From Bacillus subtilis subsp. subtilis str. 168 (lineage in GTDB: Bacteria; Bacillota; Bacilli; Bacillales; Bacillaceae): a stretch of DNA of 32,000 nucleotides. Where the stretch lies: assembly GCF_000009045.1 (NCBI RefSeq), contig NC_000964.3, positions 4,110,001-4,142,000 of the forward strand, in the 5' to 3' direction. The notes beneath the pieces were generated by a model. That model saw only the letters and a list, made by a program, of their open reading frames with translations. It made no database searches and was not told the DNA's origin. Shown piece after piece: positions 22,339-31,357 of the stretch (its first letter is position 1; each line of letters begins with the position of its first letter). The position numbers were made by a program, and so were the translations under genes.

Positions 22339-22736
22339 TAACTCTCCGTTCTGCTAATCATATTTTGATTAAAAGAAACTTTACCTAATGAATATAAAAA
22401 AGTTAACGATAAATACAGTATCCGTTCAATATTCAAATTTATTATAATACCTTGACTCTTAGCATAATCAAGAAAAAGTTGATCAATATGTTTTTCCTTC
22501 TCTAACAGTTCATAAAGTATCTTTGATGAGTATAAAATATTTTCTTCCACAGCATTATATTTAGTTAATAAAAAATGATTCATTTCTGGCCTCTCCGCCT
22601 TTTCCTTTTTTAAAGGAGAATTATTCACTAGAGGAATAAGATCATTTCCAATTTGAATGTTTTTAAACTCATTTTCTAATAAAACATAAGAGTATTTGAG
22701 AATATTTTCAGCTGTTTCAATTTTAAGATCAATCAT
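22338..22736 (-). CDS. yydC: Small helical middle component (ABC-3C middle-component type)
   Basis: MIDLKIETAENILKYSYVLLENEFKNIQIGNDLIPLVNN...; ATG at 22736 preferred over the track start 22778; stop abuts the yydD start. Confidence 0.7.
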   Translation of the reverse strand: MIDLKIETAENILKYSYVLLENEFKNIQIGNDLIPLVNNSPLKKEKAERPEMNHFLLTKYNAVEENILYSSKILYELLEKEKHIDQLFLDYAKSQGIIINLNIERILYLSLTFLYSLGKVSFNQNMISRTES

Positions 22737-24183
22737 TCTTAACACTTCTTTTGTTATCATTAAAAATCTCACATTCATAAATGCACCAACATGTTAAAAT
22801 CTTAATGTATTTTTTCGTTAAAGCCTTTGAATATGGTAAAACTGAATGACATTCTAGATAAATCTCATTAACAATTTTTACAAATATCTCATCTCCATTA
22901 TTATATTGATTATGAAACTCTAGATATTTGTCTACTATCGTCTCAGCAATCAATTCCTTTTTATCAGCACTTACATACGAAGTGGAATCCATTATATGGT
23001 TTATCACACCAAAATACTCAGAATAACTATCGAATTTCCGTTTAAAAGTTTCCCCACTTTTCATATCATAAAATTTTTTATCTAAACCAATTTGATTATC
23101 AAAATTACTAGTAAATGTTTTATAACTTTCTCTATACTCATGAAAATCTATAATAAAGCTCTTAAACTCATCTTCATCAATTTTATCATCGTTATCTTCT
23201 ATTTCTTTTTCAATAAGGCTCTCTAATCTATTAATCTTATAATTTAACTTCCCTTCCTGTAGTCTCCTTCCTCCTTGGTTGTTTTTTGACCAGTATTTAT
23301 ATTCGGTATTCCAAATGTAGTATGTTACTTCTGTCTCGCCATTATCTAAATTCACATCCACCGAAATAAATTCTGGAGTAGCATACTCATCCTTTATAAT
23401 GGCTCCACTTACTAATTCTAAGAATGGATTTTCATTTGTATTTGCAGTAATATTAAATGAAGAATCATGTACATGTCCTGCCAAATATAGATCAATAAAG
23501 TAATCATCAAAATGTGCCTTTATTGATTCTCTTTCGGAAGATTCAATACAACCTAACGTATGGTGCCCAATAGCTATATTTAATACCTTGCCCTTATTTT
23601 TCTCTTTGTTCATCTTCCTTATTGCTTTATATAATTTCATCTGTGCAGTTAATAACGTTCCTTCTTCACCTTTTTTATCTGATAACAGACATGTATTTAT
23701 TGATAAAACATTATACTTCTCCGATTGATACAAAAAATGCAAATCTTCTTCCGGATATTTAACACCCATAAAATCTTCATAAAAATCGAAAAATTTCCTT
23801 TGACCTTCCACTAATATATTTGTAGCTTTTTGATCTAGTTTATCCAACATTTCTGAGGGGTTAGGAGATTTCATAATACTATCAATCAAAAGTGTCCTCG
23901 TCATGTCTCTAGATATATCGTGATTTCCTGGCACTAAGTGTACGTTATTCTTACTTAATCCCATACTTTTAATAATTCCATTAAGATATTCTTTAACATC
24001 TTCGTTATACACATCACCTTTGTGTGCTATATCTCCAGTTAATAATAAAAAATCAAAATCTGACTCTCTTCTTAAAACTTCTATAAAATCTAATAATTTA
24101 TCTCTCATTACAATAGTGTCATAATTTTGAAACTGAAAATGCAAATCAGAAATTTGTAAAAAACGTACCTTCAATACAAACAT
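22729..24183 (-). CDS. yydB: Calcineurin-like/Mre11-like metallophosphoesterase with C-terminal helical extension
   Basis: All five motifs: LQISDLHF, LLTGDIAHKG, VPGNHDI, IGHHTL, LAGHVHDSS; 484 aa. Confidence 0.85.
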   Translation of the reverse strand: MFVLKVRFLQISDLHFQFQNYDTIVMRDKLLDFIEVLRRESDFDFLLLTGDIAHKGDVYNEDVKEYLNGIIKSMGLSKNNVHLVPGNHDISRDMTRTLLIDSIMKSPNPSEMLDKLDQKATNILVEGQRKFFDFYEDFMGVKYPEEDLHFLYQSEKYNVLSINTCLLSDKKGEEGTLLTAQMKLYKAIRKMNKEKNKGKVLNIAIGHHTLGCIESSERESIKAHFDDYFIDLYLAGHVHDSSFNITANTNENPFLELVSGAIIKDEYATPEFISVDVNLDNGETEVTYYIWNTEYKYWSKNNQGGRRLQEGKLNYKINRLESLIEKEIEDNDDKIDEDEFKSFIIDFHEYRESYKTFTSNFDNQIGLDKKFYDMKSGETFKRKFDSYSEYFGVINHIMDSTSYVSADKKELIAETIVDKYLEFHNQYNNGDEIFVKIVNEIYLECHSVLPYSKALTKKYIKILTCWCIYECEIFNDNKRSVKND

Positions 24184-24435
24184 CCTCTCATAAGTATATT
24201 TATCCCCTATATATTTCTAGAAAACTTTTTATTCTATATCATCTTTACTCTTTAATATATTAAGACTCTTTCCACACCATCAAATAAATTATAACCTAAA
24301 CATAACTCTTTACTCATTTTAGTATTGTATTTAAGTCAAACATTGCATTGGTTGCTGAAATATTATATTCATTGAATTATTCCATTAAATAGCTTTTAGT
24401 TGAACTTTAGTCTTTCTGTAATGGTGGAGATGCTC

Positions 24436-24915
24436 TTACTTATGATAAGGCTCCCCACGATTAATCCGAAAAGCCCGATAAATCTGCTCCACTAAAATAA
24501 GCCGCATCAACTGATGAGGAAATGTCATCTTCGAGAACGATAGCTTCTCGTCCGCTCGCTTCATCACCGTGTCACTCAATCCGAGTGATCCGCCGATGAC
24601 GAAGGTGACTTTGCTTTTTCCATAAGTAGCCAGCTTATCTATTGTATCGGCTAGTTCTTCGGATGTTTTCATTTTTCCTTCGATGGCGAGGGCGATGACG
24701 TGGGCGTCGGGGCTGATTTTGGATAGGATGCGGTCGCCTTCTTTGTCTTTTATGATTTTCATGTCCTGGTCGCTTAGGTTTTCCGGCGCTTTTTCGTCCG
24801 GGAGTTCGATGATGTCGATTTTTGCGTAGGCCGAAAGTCGTTTGGTGTATTCTTCAATGCCTTGCTTGAGGTATTTTTCTTTTAGTTTTCCGATTGTCAC
24901 AATATTGATATTCAC
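24436..24915 (-). CDS. rlmH: 23S rRNA pseudouridine(1915)-N3-methyltransferase RlmH
   Basis: 159 aa; [27 protein letters not shown]... [13 protein letters not shown]... [21 protein letters not shown]; GTG start. Confidence 0.95.
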   Translation of the reverse strand: MNINIVTIGKLKEKYLKQGIEEYTKRLSAYAKIDIIELPDEKAPENLSDQDMKIIKDKEGDRILSKISPDAHVIALAIEGKMKTSEELADTIDKLATYGKSKVTFVIGGSLGLSDTVMKRADEKLSFSKMTFPHQLMRLILVEQIYRAFRINRGEPYHK

Positions 24916-24953
24916 AGGTCATCCCCACTTTAAAAACAAGTTATTCATATATG

Positions 24954-25270
24954 TTGTCCACAATTGTGGATATCTTTTCTGTATTTTGTGTAAGATCATT
25001 CGTTCCCCACTATATATACTGCGGGGTCTCCACATAATTCACAGGCTGTGGATAAACTGTTAGTATGTTCGATTTTTCTGATTTCGGGCGGCAGCTCGTG
25101 GTCGTCTATGTACATATCCAGCACCGTTTCGATGTGTTCTTCACAAGAATAATACGCTTGTTTCATGTTCAAATCCTCCGATGTTTTCTTCCATTTTTAC
25201 AAATGTTCTCTTCTCAATATAACCTATTTATTCACATGTTAGTAGTGCTTCGGGCTGAGTTTTATCCACA
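24954..25270. promoter_or_regulatory. DnaA-box cluster
   Basis: Perfect boxes TGTGGATAA 25047-25055 (-) and TTATCCACA 25262-25270 (+); one-mismatch boxes TTGTCCACA 24954-24962 (+), TGTGGATAT 24965-24973 (-), TTATTCACA 25228-25236 (+). Confidence 0.75.
24996..25166 (-). CDS. yyzF: CxxH/CxxC protein, 56 aa, not in ORF track
   Basis: Minus strand: MKQAYYSCEEHIETVLDMYIDDHELPPEIRKIEHTNSLSTACELCGDPAVYIVGNE*; CEEH and CELC motifs; GAGGATTTGAAC upstream. Confidence 0.85.
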   Translation of the reverse strand: MKQAYYSCEEHIETVLDMYIDDHELPPEIRKIEHTNSLSTACELCGDPAVYIVGNE

Positions 25271-25287
25271 ATTCGACAAACAAGCTG

Positions 25288-25764
25288 TTGATGACTCTAT
25301 TTCGCTCGTGTGTTAGTTTGGATGTAACCGATGTGTGGGGAGGTCTGCATTTGCGCTTTAGATGGGTTTGGCTTTTTGTGATTATGTTGCTGCTTGCTGA
25401 GTGTCAGCCATCTTATTGGGTGTTGGAGAAGGATCGAATCGGTGAAGGCAGTCCAGACTTAGAAATATACGCTAATTATCTCCAAATGCATGATGACGTG
25501 AAAGGATATCAAGTCTTCACCATATCAGAAGGCAAAAAAATGGTCGTCGTGTCTCTCGGAAGCAGCGAGAAAGATAAGAAGCTTGAAGTGTCGGACGTCA
25601 AATTCTCATCTAAAGAAACGATTGTAACTGTGGAGCGAAAACCTGCTCCTACGGCAAATGAGAAAAACCCTTTTATTTTGATTGGACTGGACAAAATTGA
25701 AGGGGATTTAATTGTTCAAGACGAAACAGGAGATCGCTTTGAAGAAACGGATTACCAGCAATAA
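25288..25764 (+). CDS. yycS: Conserved hypothetical protein with N-terminal hydrophobic segment (lipoprotein/membrane anchored)
   Basis: FRWVWLFVIMLLLAECQPSYWVLEKD...; 158 aa maximum, true start uncertain. Symbol from gene-order memory. Confidence 0.6.
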   Translation: MMTLFRSCVSLDVTDVWGGLHLRFRWVWLFVIMLLLAECQPSYWVLEKDRIGEGSPDLEIYANYLQMHDDVKGYQVFTISEGKKMVVVSLGSSEKDKKLEVSDVKFSSKETIVTVERKPAPTANEKNPFILIGLDKIEGDLIVQDETGDRFEETDYQQ

Positions 25765-25797
25765 AGCCGGCGTTCTGAGAACGTCCGGCTTTTTCTT

Positions 25798-27015
25798 TTA
25801 CTTCAATGTCCCATGCGGGTCGATGACGAATTTTTTGGCTGCGCCTTTGTCGAAGTCGCTGTAGCCTTTTGGCGCGTCGTCCAGAGAAATAACGGTGGCA
25901 TTGACGGCTTTTGCGATCTGCGCTCTGCCGCTCAGGATCGCTTTCATCAAATTGCGGTTGTATGTCATGGCGGGCGTTTGTCCGGTGACGAAGGTGTGGG
26001 CTTTGGCCCAGCCGAGTCCGAAGCGGATTTTTAATGAGCCTGTTTTGGCGTCCGCATCCTTTGCACCGGGATCTTCGGTCACGTATAAGCCTGGAATGCC
26101 AAGGCTGCCTCCGACCTGGGTGACGTCCATGATTGAGTTCAGCACGGCGGCTGGCGCTTCTCCTTGATTGCCGTGCCCAGATGCTTCAAAGCCGACACAG
26201 TCCACTGCAGCATCAACGGTTGGTTCACCTAGTATTTGTTCAATTTGCTCGCCGAGGCGGTCGTGTTTTTGCACGTTGACCGTTTCACAGCCGAAGCTTC
26301 TGGCCTGTGCCAGCCTGTCTTCGTTCAGATCGCCGACAATCACGGTAGAGGCGCCTAGGAGCTGAGCGGAGTGTGCAGCTGCCAAGCCGACAGGACCCGC
26401 TCCAGCGATATAAACGGTTGAACCTGTTTGCACGCCCGCTGTATAAGCTCCATGGAAGCCGGTCGGAAAAATGTCGGACAGCATGGTCAAATCGAGAATC
26501 TTTTCTAGCGCCTGTTCTTTATCAGGGAATACCAAAAGCTGAAAATCAGCGTATGGCACCATGACATATTCAGACTGGCCGCCGACCCAGCCGCCCATAT
26601 CGACGTAGCCGTAAGCCGATCCCGGCCGGTCCGGATTGACATTCAGGCACACATGCGTTTTCTGCGTTTTGCACATCACACAGCGTCCGCAGGCAATATT
26701 GAAAGGAACGGATACGATATCTCCTTTTTTGATAAATTCAACATCACGCCCCGTTTCAATGACTTCTCCCGTAATTTCATGCCCGAGCACCAAGCCTTCT
26801 GGCGCCGTTGTGCGGCCTCTGACCATATGCTGGTCGCTTCCGCAAATGTTGGTTGTAATGACTTTGAGAATAACCCCATGCTCACATTTTCGATTCACAT
26901 TCGCCTTCGGGACGCCGGGCCCGTCCCTCAAGATTAACTCCGGATAACCGATATCCTCCACCGCTACAGTCCCTTTGCCTTTGTACACAACCGCTTTGTT
27001 TCCTGTCAACGCCAT
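25798..27015 (-). CDS. yycR: Zinc-dependent alcohol/formaldehyde dehydrogenase-like protein (glutathione-independent type)
   Basis: MALTGNKAVVYKGKGTVAVEDIGYPEL... NICGSDQHMVRGR... GLVLGHEITGEV... ACGRCVMCKTQKTHVC. Confidence 0.85.
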   Translation of the reverse strand: MALTGNKAVVYKGKGTVAVEDIGYPELILRDGPGVPKANVNRKCEHGVILKVITTNICGSDQHMVRGRTTAPEGLVLGHEITGEVIETGRDVEFIKKGDIVSVPFNIACGRCVMCKTQKTHVCLNVNPDRPGSAYGYVDMGGWVGGQSEYVMVPYADFQLLVFPDKEQALEKILDLTMLSDIFPTGFHGAYTAGVQTGSTVYIAGAGPVGLAAAHSAQLLGASTVIVGDLNEDRLAQARSFGCETVNVQKHDRLGEQIEQILGEPTVDAAVDCVGFEASGHGNQGEAPAAVLNSIMDVTQVGGSLGIPGLYVTEDPGAKDADAKTGSLKIRFGLGWAKAHTFVTGQTPAMTYNRNLMKAILSGRAQIAKAVNATVISLDDAPKGYSDFDKGAAKKFVIDPHGTLK

Positions 27016-27086
27016 TCCTCCCATTCATGTGTTTGGACTCTCCGTCCTTGAACATGACTTCGGTTCGGCATGACTCTTTCCCTTTT

Positions 27087-27257
27087 TCACGACTGTTTTT
27101 TCTGTATTCTTACAACAACAAATATGCCAAGAAAGCATCCAATAATGGTTCCGCCGATGTCTAAGAAGTCGACTTTACATCCATTTAACAAGAACACAGT
27201 AATGGCCGAAACCAGGCAGATCATAACTGCCAGAAGAATAACCCGATTTGTCTGCAT
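27087..27257 (-). CDS. Small membrane protein (56 aa), not in ORF track
   Basis: MQTNRVILLAVMICLVSAITVFLLNGCKVDFLDIGGTIIGCFLGIFVVVRIQKKQS* with strong RBS (AAAGGAGGAATTAC) upstream; two TM segments. Confidence 0.7.
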   Translation of the reverse strand: MQTNRVILLAVMICLVSAITVFLLNGCKVDFLDIGGTIIGCFLGIFVVVRIQKKQS

Positions 27258-27361
27258 GTAATTCCTCCTTTGGATTCGTTTCTAAACCATACCCAAAATC
27301 CTCTGCAAACTTCGGTTCAACAAAAAAAGAGACTTCACACCAGTCTCTTCATAAACAGAGA

Positions 27362-27610
27362 TCACTCAAAAAATTTCCTGAGAAATAATGTGGCAACACT
27401 CGTTACTAACGCAATTGCCGTATACATAACAACCCAAAATATGAATGAGCTATTCCCCGAAGCTAACGTAACTAACAATATCAAGCTCGTGATAAGAACG
27501 ATGAGCGGTGCCACCCAAAATCTTTTAAATAAAAAATGACCCGCTATACCAAATACACCTGCGACGATCGGAAAACCAAAAACGATAAATAAAACGGCGA
27601 TGGCTCCCAT
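27362..27610 (-). CDS. yycQ: Small membrane protein (82 aa), DUF2651-like
   Basis: MGAIAVLFIVFGFPIVAGVFGIAGHFLFKRFWVAPLIVLITSLILLVTL... Confidence 0.7.
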   Translation of the reverse strand: MGAIAVLFIVFGFPIVAGVFGIAGHFLFKRFWVAPLIVLITSLILLVTLASGNSSFIFWVVMYTAIALVTSVATLFLRKFFE

Positions 27611-27625
27611 ACTACCCTCCTTGCC

Positions 27626-28789
27626 TTAAAACCTCTTCATCACCTCAACATCATACAGCTTCAAATGACTCTTCGGCGTCACGACATCCTTTACCTTCCC
27701 AATCTCTTTTTCTTTCATTTTCTTTCCGGTTTTCAGGCTGTACTGTTCAATGTAGGCAGGCTTGTGATACGTGTATGTGAAGAAATAGAGGCTGCTGCCT
27801 TTTTGGGTGATTTCTTTGAATTCGGCTTTCATTTTGTCCGGGGAAAGGGTGAAGACGATGCTTGTTTTTCCTGTCTTGGCATCGATTTTGTGTACCTTTC
27901 CGAAGCCGTCAATGAAATACAGGTTCCCGTCATAAGGGAAAAAGCTGTTTTTAAAGCTGAAGGGCATGGAGCTGTATATCGTTTGTTCGTCGTTTTTGTA
28001 TTCGGCGATATCGTGCAGCTCTACTTCGCCGCTTTTTTTGTTGATCTTGACCATTTGATAGAGATCGTGGGCTTTTTGGCCGCGAACCATAACATACACA
28101 GCTTGGTCGTCCACGGCAAGTTGGGATTCGACTGAGGCTCCTTCCCGGTACTGCCATTCCGTTATGCTGAGATAGGTAAGCTTCTTCTGATCTGCTTGAA
28201 TCTGAAGGAGCTGATAGCCTTTTCCGTCATCTGTCGGGACGAGTGCGTAAATGGCGCCATCATGGAAACCGGAGGCTCGGATGTAGTAGGGGATGACGTC
28301 TTTTTTCCACTCTCCGTCCATTTGGCGGTACAGCTCTGAGCGGTATCCGTCTCCCTTTTTGTCGTAGCCGGAGTTGTATAAGGTGTAAAAGCCGTCCGTG
28401 TTTTGCAGAAAGCCCGCGCTGTCGCCTGTGTGCTGATAGGTTCTTTTATGGGAGCGCAGGCCGTTTTTGATCGTATAAATCGTGTTTTTGTCCTCCAGCA
28501 TCACGCTGTCACCGTGAACCTTTGCTGAGCCCAGCTCAAGGCCCTTCATCTGAAAGGAAGACAGCGTCCCGTCATGGCTGATAAACAGGGCGTAGCTTTT
28601 CCCGCCGCCAAATGCATCTTGATCCGCAGAGGATGAGAAATACAGCAGGACTTCTTTGTCATCCAGGAAATCGGGATTTCTGAGATCCTGCTGACTCACG
28701 GTTTTATGGCTTTTGAGAGGAGAAATGAAGACAAATAGTGCGATTCCTGCGAGAATCAGCATGGCGATGGTAATCATCCACTTTTTCAT
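27626..28789 (-). CDS. yycP: Secreted/membrane-anchored hypothetical protein, beta-propeller-like repeats
   Basis: 387 aa; N-terminal signal/anchor MKKWMITIAMLILAGIALFVFISP; periodic SLYFF/NLYFIDGFGKVHKID-type strands. Confidence 0.75.
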   Translation of the reverse strand: MKKWMITIAMLILAGIALFVFISPLKSHKTVSQQDLRNPDFLDDKEVLLYFSSSADQDAFGGGKSYALFISHDGTLSSFQMKGLELGSAKVHGDSVMLEDKNTIYTIKNGLRSHKRTYQHTGDSAGFLQNTDGFYTLYNSGYDKKGDGYRSELYRQMDGEWKKDVIPYYIRASGFHDGAIYALVPTDDGKGYQLLQIQADQKKLTYLSITEWQYREGASVESQLAVDDQAVYVMVRGQKAHDLYQMVKINKKSGEVELHDIAEYKNDEQTIYSSMPFSFKNSFFPYDGNLYFIDGFGKVHKIDAKTGKTSIVFTLSPDKMKAEFKEITQKGSSLYFFTYTYHKPAYIEQYSLKTGKKMKEKEIGKVKDVVTPKSHLKLYDVEVMKRF

Positions 28790-28799
28790 AGCCTTCTCC

Positions 28800-29537
28800 T
28801 TAGTAAATGGTCATAATGGTTGTCGTATAAGAAGAACTAGTGATGTCGCGCGGATACACGCCTAAGCCTCCGTTGCTGTCTATATCAATCCCTGCTTTCA
28901 GCAAAAAGGCAGACCATAGGAGCTTTGAACAGTTTTTGGCGCCGTCATGGCCGGTATTTCTGTTATTGACGAAGTTAAATGAGTATGGGTCGCCGACTTT
29001 TGATACCGCCCAGTCGGCAGCAGCTGTTTTTTGAGATGAGGATACGCTGACGGTTTGCACAATGGAGTTGTCTTCCACGTCTCTGGCATTATACGCGATC
29101 TGCCTGACGCCGTCGCTCGGGACAGATTCAACAATTTTGTCAGCGGCGGAGTACATGCCGACATGGCCGTGATTGTAGTAGGCTGTGTAGGAGTTCGTGT
29201 AATAGATATTGCCTTTCGCGCTTGTCGGGAGTTTTTTCGTGCCGGACGAGCCGCCCATGATAGACATGCCGCTTTCCTTGGCGAGCCGGTCCCCCTCTGC
29301 TTTATCAGCCGTGATCTCCTTATAGAACTGTTTTAGGATAACGTCCTGCTTTACGTGCTGCTGTTTGGCAATCTGGCTGGCAGATTTCATGATTTCTTCC
29401 GGTGTCGTGCCTGGCTGCAGTGCGGCGATTTCTTCAGCATAATTTGTGGTCTTTACGGCTTTGGCGGGAGTAACAAACAGGCCGCCGCACATTGTGAGCG
29501 CTACCAAAAACATCGACACTCGTTTCTTCAACTTCAT
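28800..29537 (-). CDS. yycO: Secreted NlpC/P60-superfamily-like protein (YiiX-type)
   Basis: Signal peptide MKLKKRVSMFLVALTMCGGLFVTPAKAV; GHVGMYSAADKIVES and KNCSKLLWSAFLL (Cys/His elements) in C-terminal half. Confidence 0.75.
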   Translation of the reverse strand: MKLKKRVSMFLVALTMCGGLFVTPAKAVKTTNYAEEIAALQPGTTPEEIMKSASQIAKQQHVKQDVILKQFYKEITADKAEGDRLAKESGMSIMGGSSGTKKLPTSAKGNIYYTNSYTAYYNHGHVGMYSAADKIVESVPSDGVRQIAYNARDVEDNSIVQTVSVSSSQKTAAADWAVSKVGDPYSFNFVNNRNTGHDGAKNCSKLLWSAFLLKAGIDIDSNGGLGVYPRDITSSSYTTTIMTIY

Positions 29538-29678
29538 TACATCTCCTCTTTTCTTGTGAGTGTAGGAAAGGTAATTTCCTCACCCACATTATATTAGGAA
29601 AATAAGGAAAGTAACTAGGTTATTTACAGAATTTTTAGAAATCGTTTACAGAAAAAGGCCTTTATCAGGCCCTTTTCG

Positions 29679-30149
29679 TTAAAGCTTCTTGCTCATCACT
29701 ACGTCTGTTTCTTGAAATCCGGTTTGCTCATATAGCTTTCGAGCCGTCTGATTATGGGCAAAGACATGAAGGGACAGCTTGCGGATTCCCATACTGCGTG
29801 CCGCTTGATCTAATGCCGCCAATGCTTGCTTTGCGTAGCCCTTTCCCCGATACGGTTCATATAACCCGAAATCATAAATAAACGCTTCCTGCTGCGGATG
29901 CTCCGGTTCAGCATGTATCCAGAGCCAGCCAACGATATCCTTTTCATTCAGCTTGAGGCTCCACAAATGGTGATGGGGTGTTTCGAGCCCTCTCGGAAGC
30001 AGATCAGTAAACACCTGCTTAGACAAAAGCTGGGCATCTTCAGGCAGCCATGTTCCCGCTTTTACCTTTTCTTCCGCGTAATGCTTTGTTGTGTACGTGA
30101 GATAAGACCGAAATTCTTCTGTCTGCATAGGGGTTAGCATAATTGTCAT
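29679..30149 (-). CDS. yycN: GNAT-family N-acetyltransferase
   Basis: YEPYRGKGYAKQALAALDQAARSMGIRKLSLHVFAHNQTARKLYEQTGFQETDVVM. Confidence 0.9.
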   Translation of the reverse strand: MTIMLTPMQTEEFRSYLTYTTKHYAEEKVKAGTWLPEDAQLLSKQVFTDLLPRGLETPHHHLWSLKLNEKDIVGWLWIHAEPEHPQQEAFIYDFGLYEPYRGKGYAKQALAALDQAARSMGIRKLSLHVFAHNQTARKLYEQTGFQETDVVMSKKL

Positions 30150-30259
30150 ATCATCTCTCCTTCATATATTGACTAGAGGATTTTACATAAAATAGAAAGA
30201 GGTGTTACTATCAGAATAAGCAACTGAGATTGATAAGTCACTAGAGAAAGGAGTTTCAC

Positions 30260-31357
30260 ATGAATAAGATCGCACCCGCAGAAATCGCTAGCATGCTCAA
30301 CGATTGGTACCTTGCCATCAAGAAACATGAAGTTGAAGAATCCTCCCGTTTATTTGAAGAAGTGAAGCCTTTATTGGATGACATGGAAGAGGATCAGGAG
30401 GTGCTTGCCTACTTCTCCTTATTGGAACTGCGCCACAAGGTTTTGCTTCACGAGGCGAGAGGACAGGGCTTTCAGCATGAGGAGCCTTCTCATATGAATG
30501 CTACGTCTGACATGCTGAAATATTACTTTTTTCTGTTTGAAGGCATGTATGAGGCCTATAAAAATAATTATGACATTGCCATTGGGCTGTATAAAGATGC
30601 AGAGCAGTATCTCGACAACATTCCCGATCCGATTGAAAAAGCCGAATTTCACCTGAAGGTCGGTAAGCTCTATTATAAGCTGGGACAAAATATTGTGTCC
30701 CTCAATCATACACGGCAAGCAGTCAAAACATTCAGAGAAGAGACAGATTATAAAAAGAAGCTGGCTTCAGCCCTGATTACCATGTCAGGCAATTTTACAG
30801 AGATGAGCCAGTTTGAAGAAGCTGAGGCTTATTTGGACGAAGCAATTCGGATCACGAGTGAATTAGAGGATCATTTTTTTGAAGCCCAGCTTTTGCATAA
30901 CTTCGGCCTTCTACATGCGCAAAGCGGCAAATCAGAAGAAGCGGTTTCGAAATTAGAGGAGGCTCTACAGAACGATGAGTATGCCCGCTCCGCCTATTAT
31001 TATCATTCTGCCTACTTGCTGATACGAGAGCTGTTTAAGATCAAAAAGAAAGAACAGGCCTTATCTTATTACCAAGACGTGAAGGAAAAATTGACTGCTG
31101 AGCCGAATAGAATATGTGAGGCAAAAATAGACATTTTATATGCCATTTATGCAGAAGGGGGTCATGCGGAAACGTTTCACTTATGCAAACAACATATGGA
31201 TGACTTGTTGTCCGAGAAAGAGTATGACAGTGTAAGAGAACTTTCCATTTTGGCTGGCGAACGGTATAGGGAACTTGAGCTTTACAAAGAAGCTGCCCAC
31301 TTTTTTTATGAAGCATTACAGATTGAAGAACTGATTAAACGAACGGAGGTTATATAA
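30260..31357 (+). CDS. rapG: Response regulator aspartate phosphatase / regulator-binding TPR protein RapG
   Basis: 365-aa TPR protein of the Rap family immediately followed by phrG. Confidence 0.9.
   Translation: MNKIAPAEIASMLNDWYLAIKKHEVEESSRLFEEVKPLLDDMEEDQEVLAYFSLLELRHKVLLHEARGQGFQHEEPSHMNATSDMLKYYFFLFEGMYEAYKNNYDIAIGLYKDAEQYLDNIPDPIEKAEFHLKVGKLYYKLGQNIVSLNHTRQAVKTFREETDYKKKLASALITMSGNFTEMSQFEEAEAYLDEAIRITSELEDHFFEAQLLHNFGLLHAQSGKSEEAVSKLEEALQNDEYARSAYYYHSAYLLIRELFKIKKKEQALSYYQDVKEKLTAEPNRICEAKIDILYAIYAEGGHAETFHLCKQHMDDLLSEKEYDSVRELSILAGERYRELELYKEAAHFFYEALQIEELIKRTEVI

Noticed and set aside
24957-24970. TCCACAATTGTGGA palindrome as a regulator operator
   Set aside because: It is better explained as parts of two opposed DnaA-like boxes in the cluster; a separate regulator cannot be supported.
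24842-25063. Plus-strand ORF 24842..25063 and ORF 25065..25316
   Set aside because: They overlap rlmH/yyzF on the opposite strand; yyzF has a good RBS and CxxH/CxxC motifs, so the minus-strand reading is preferred.
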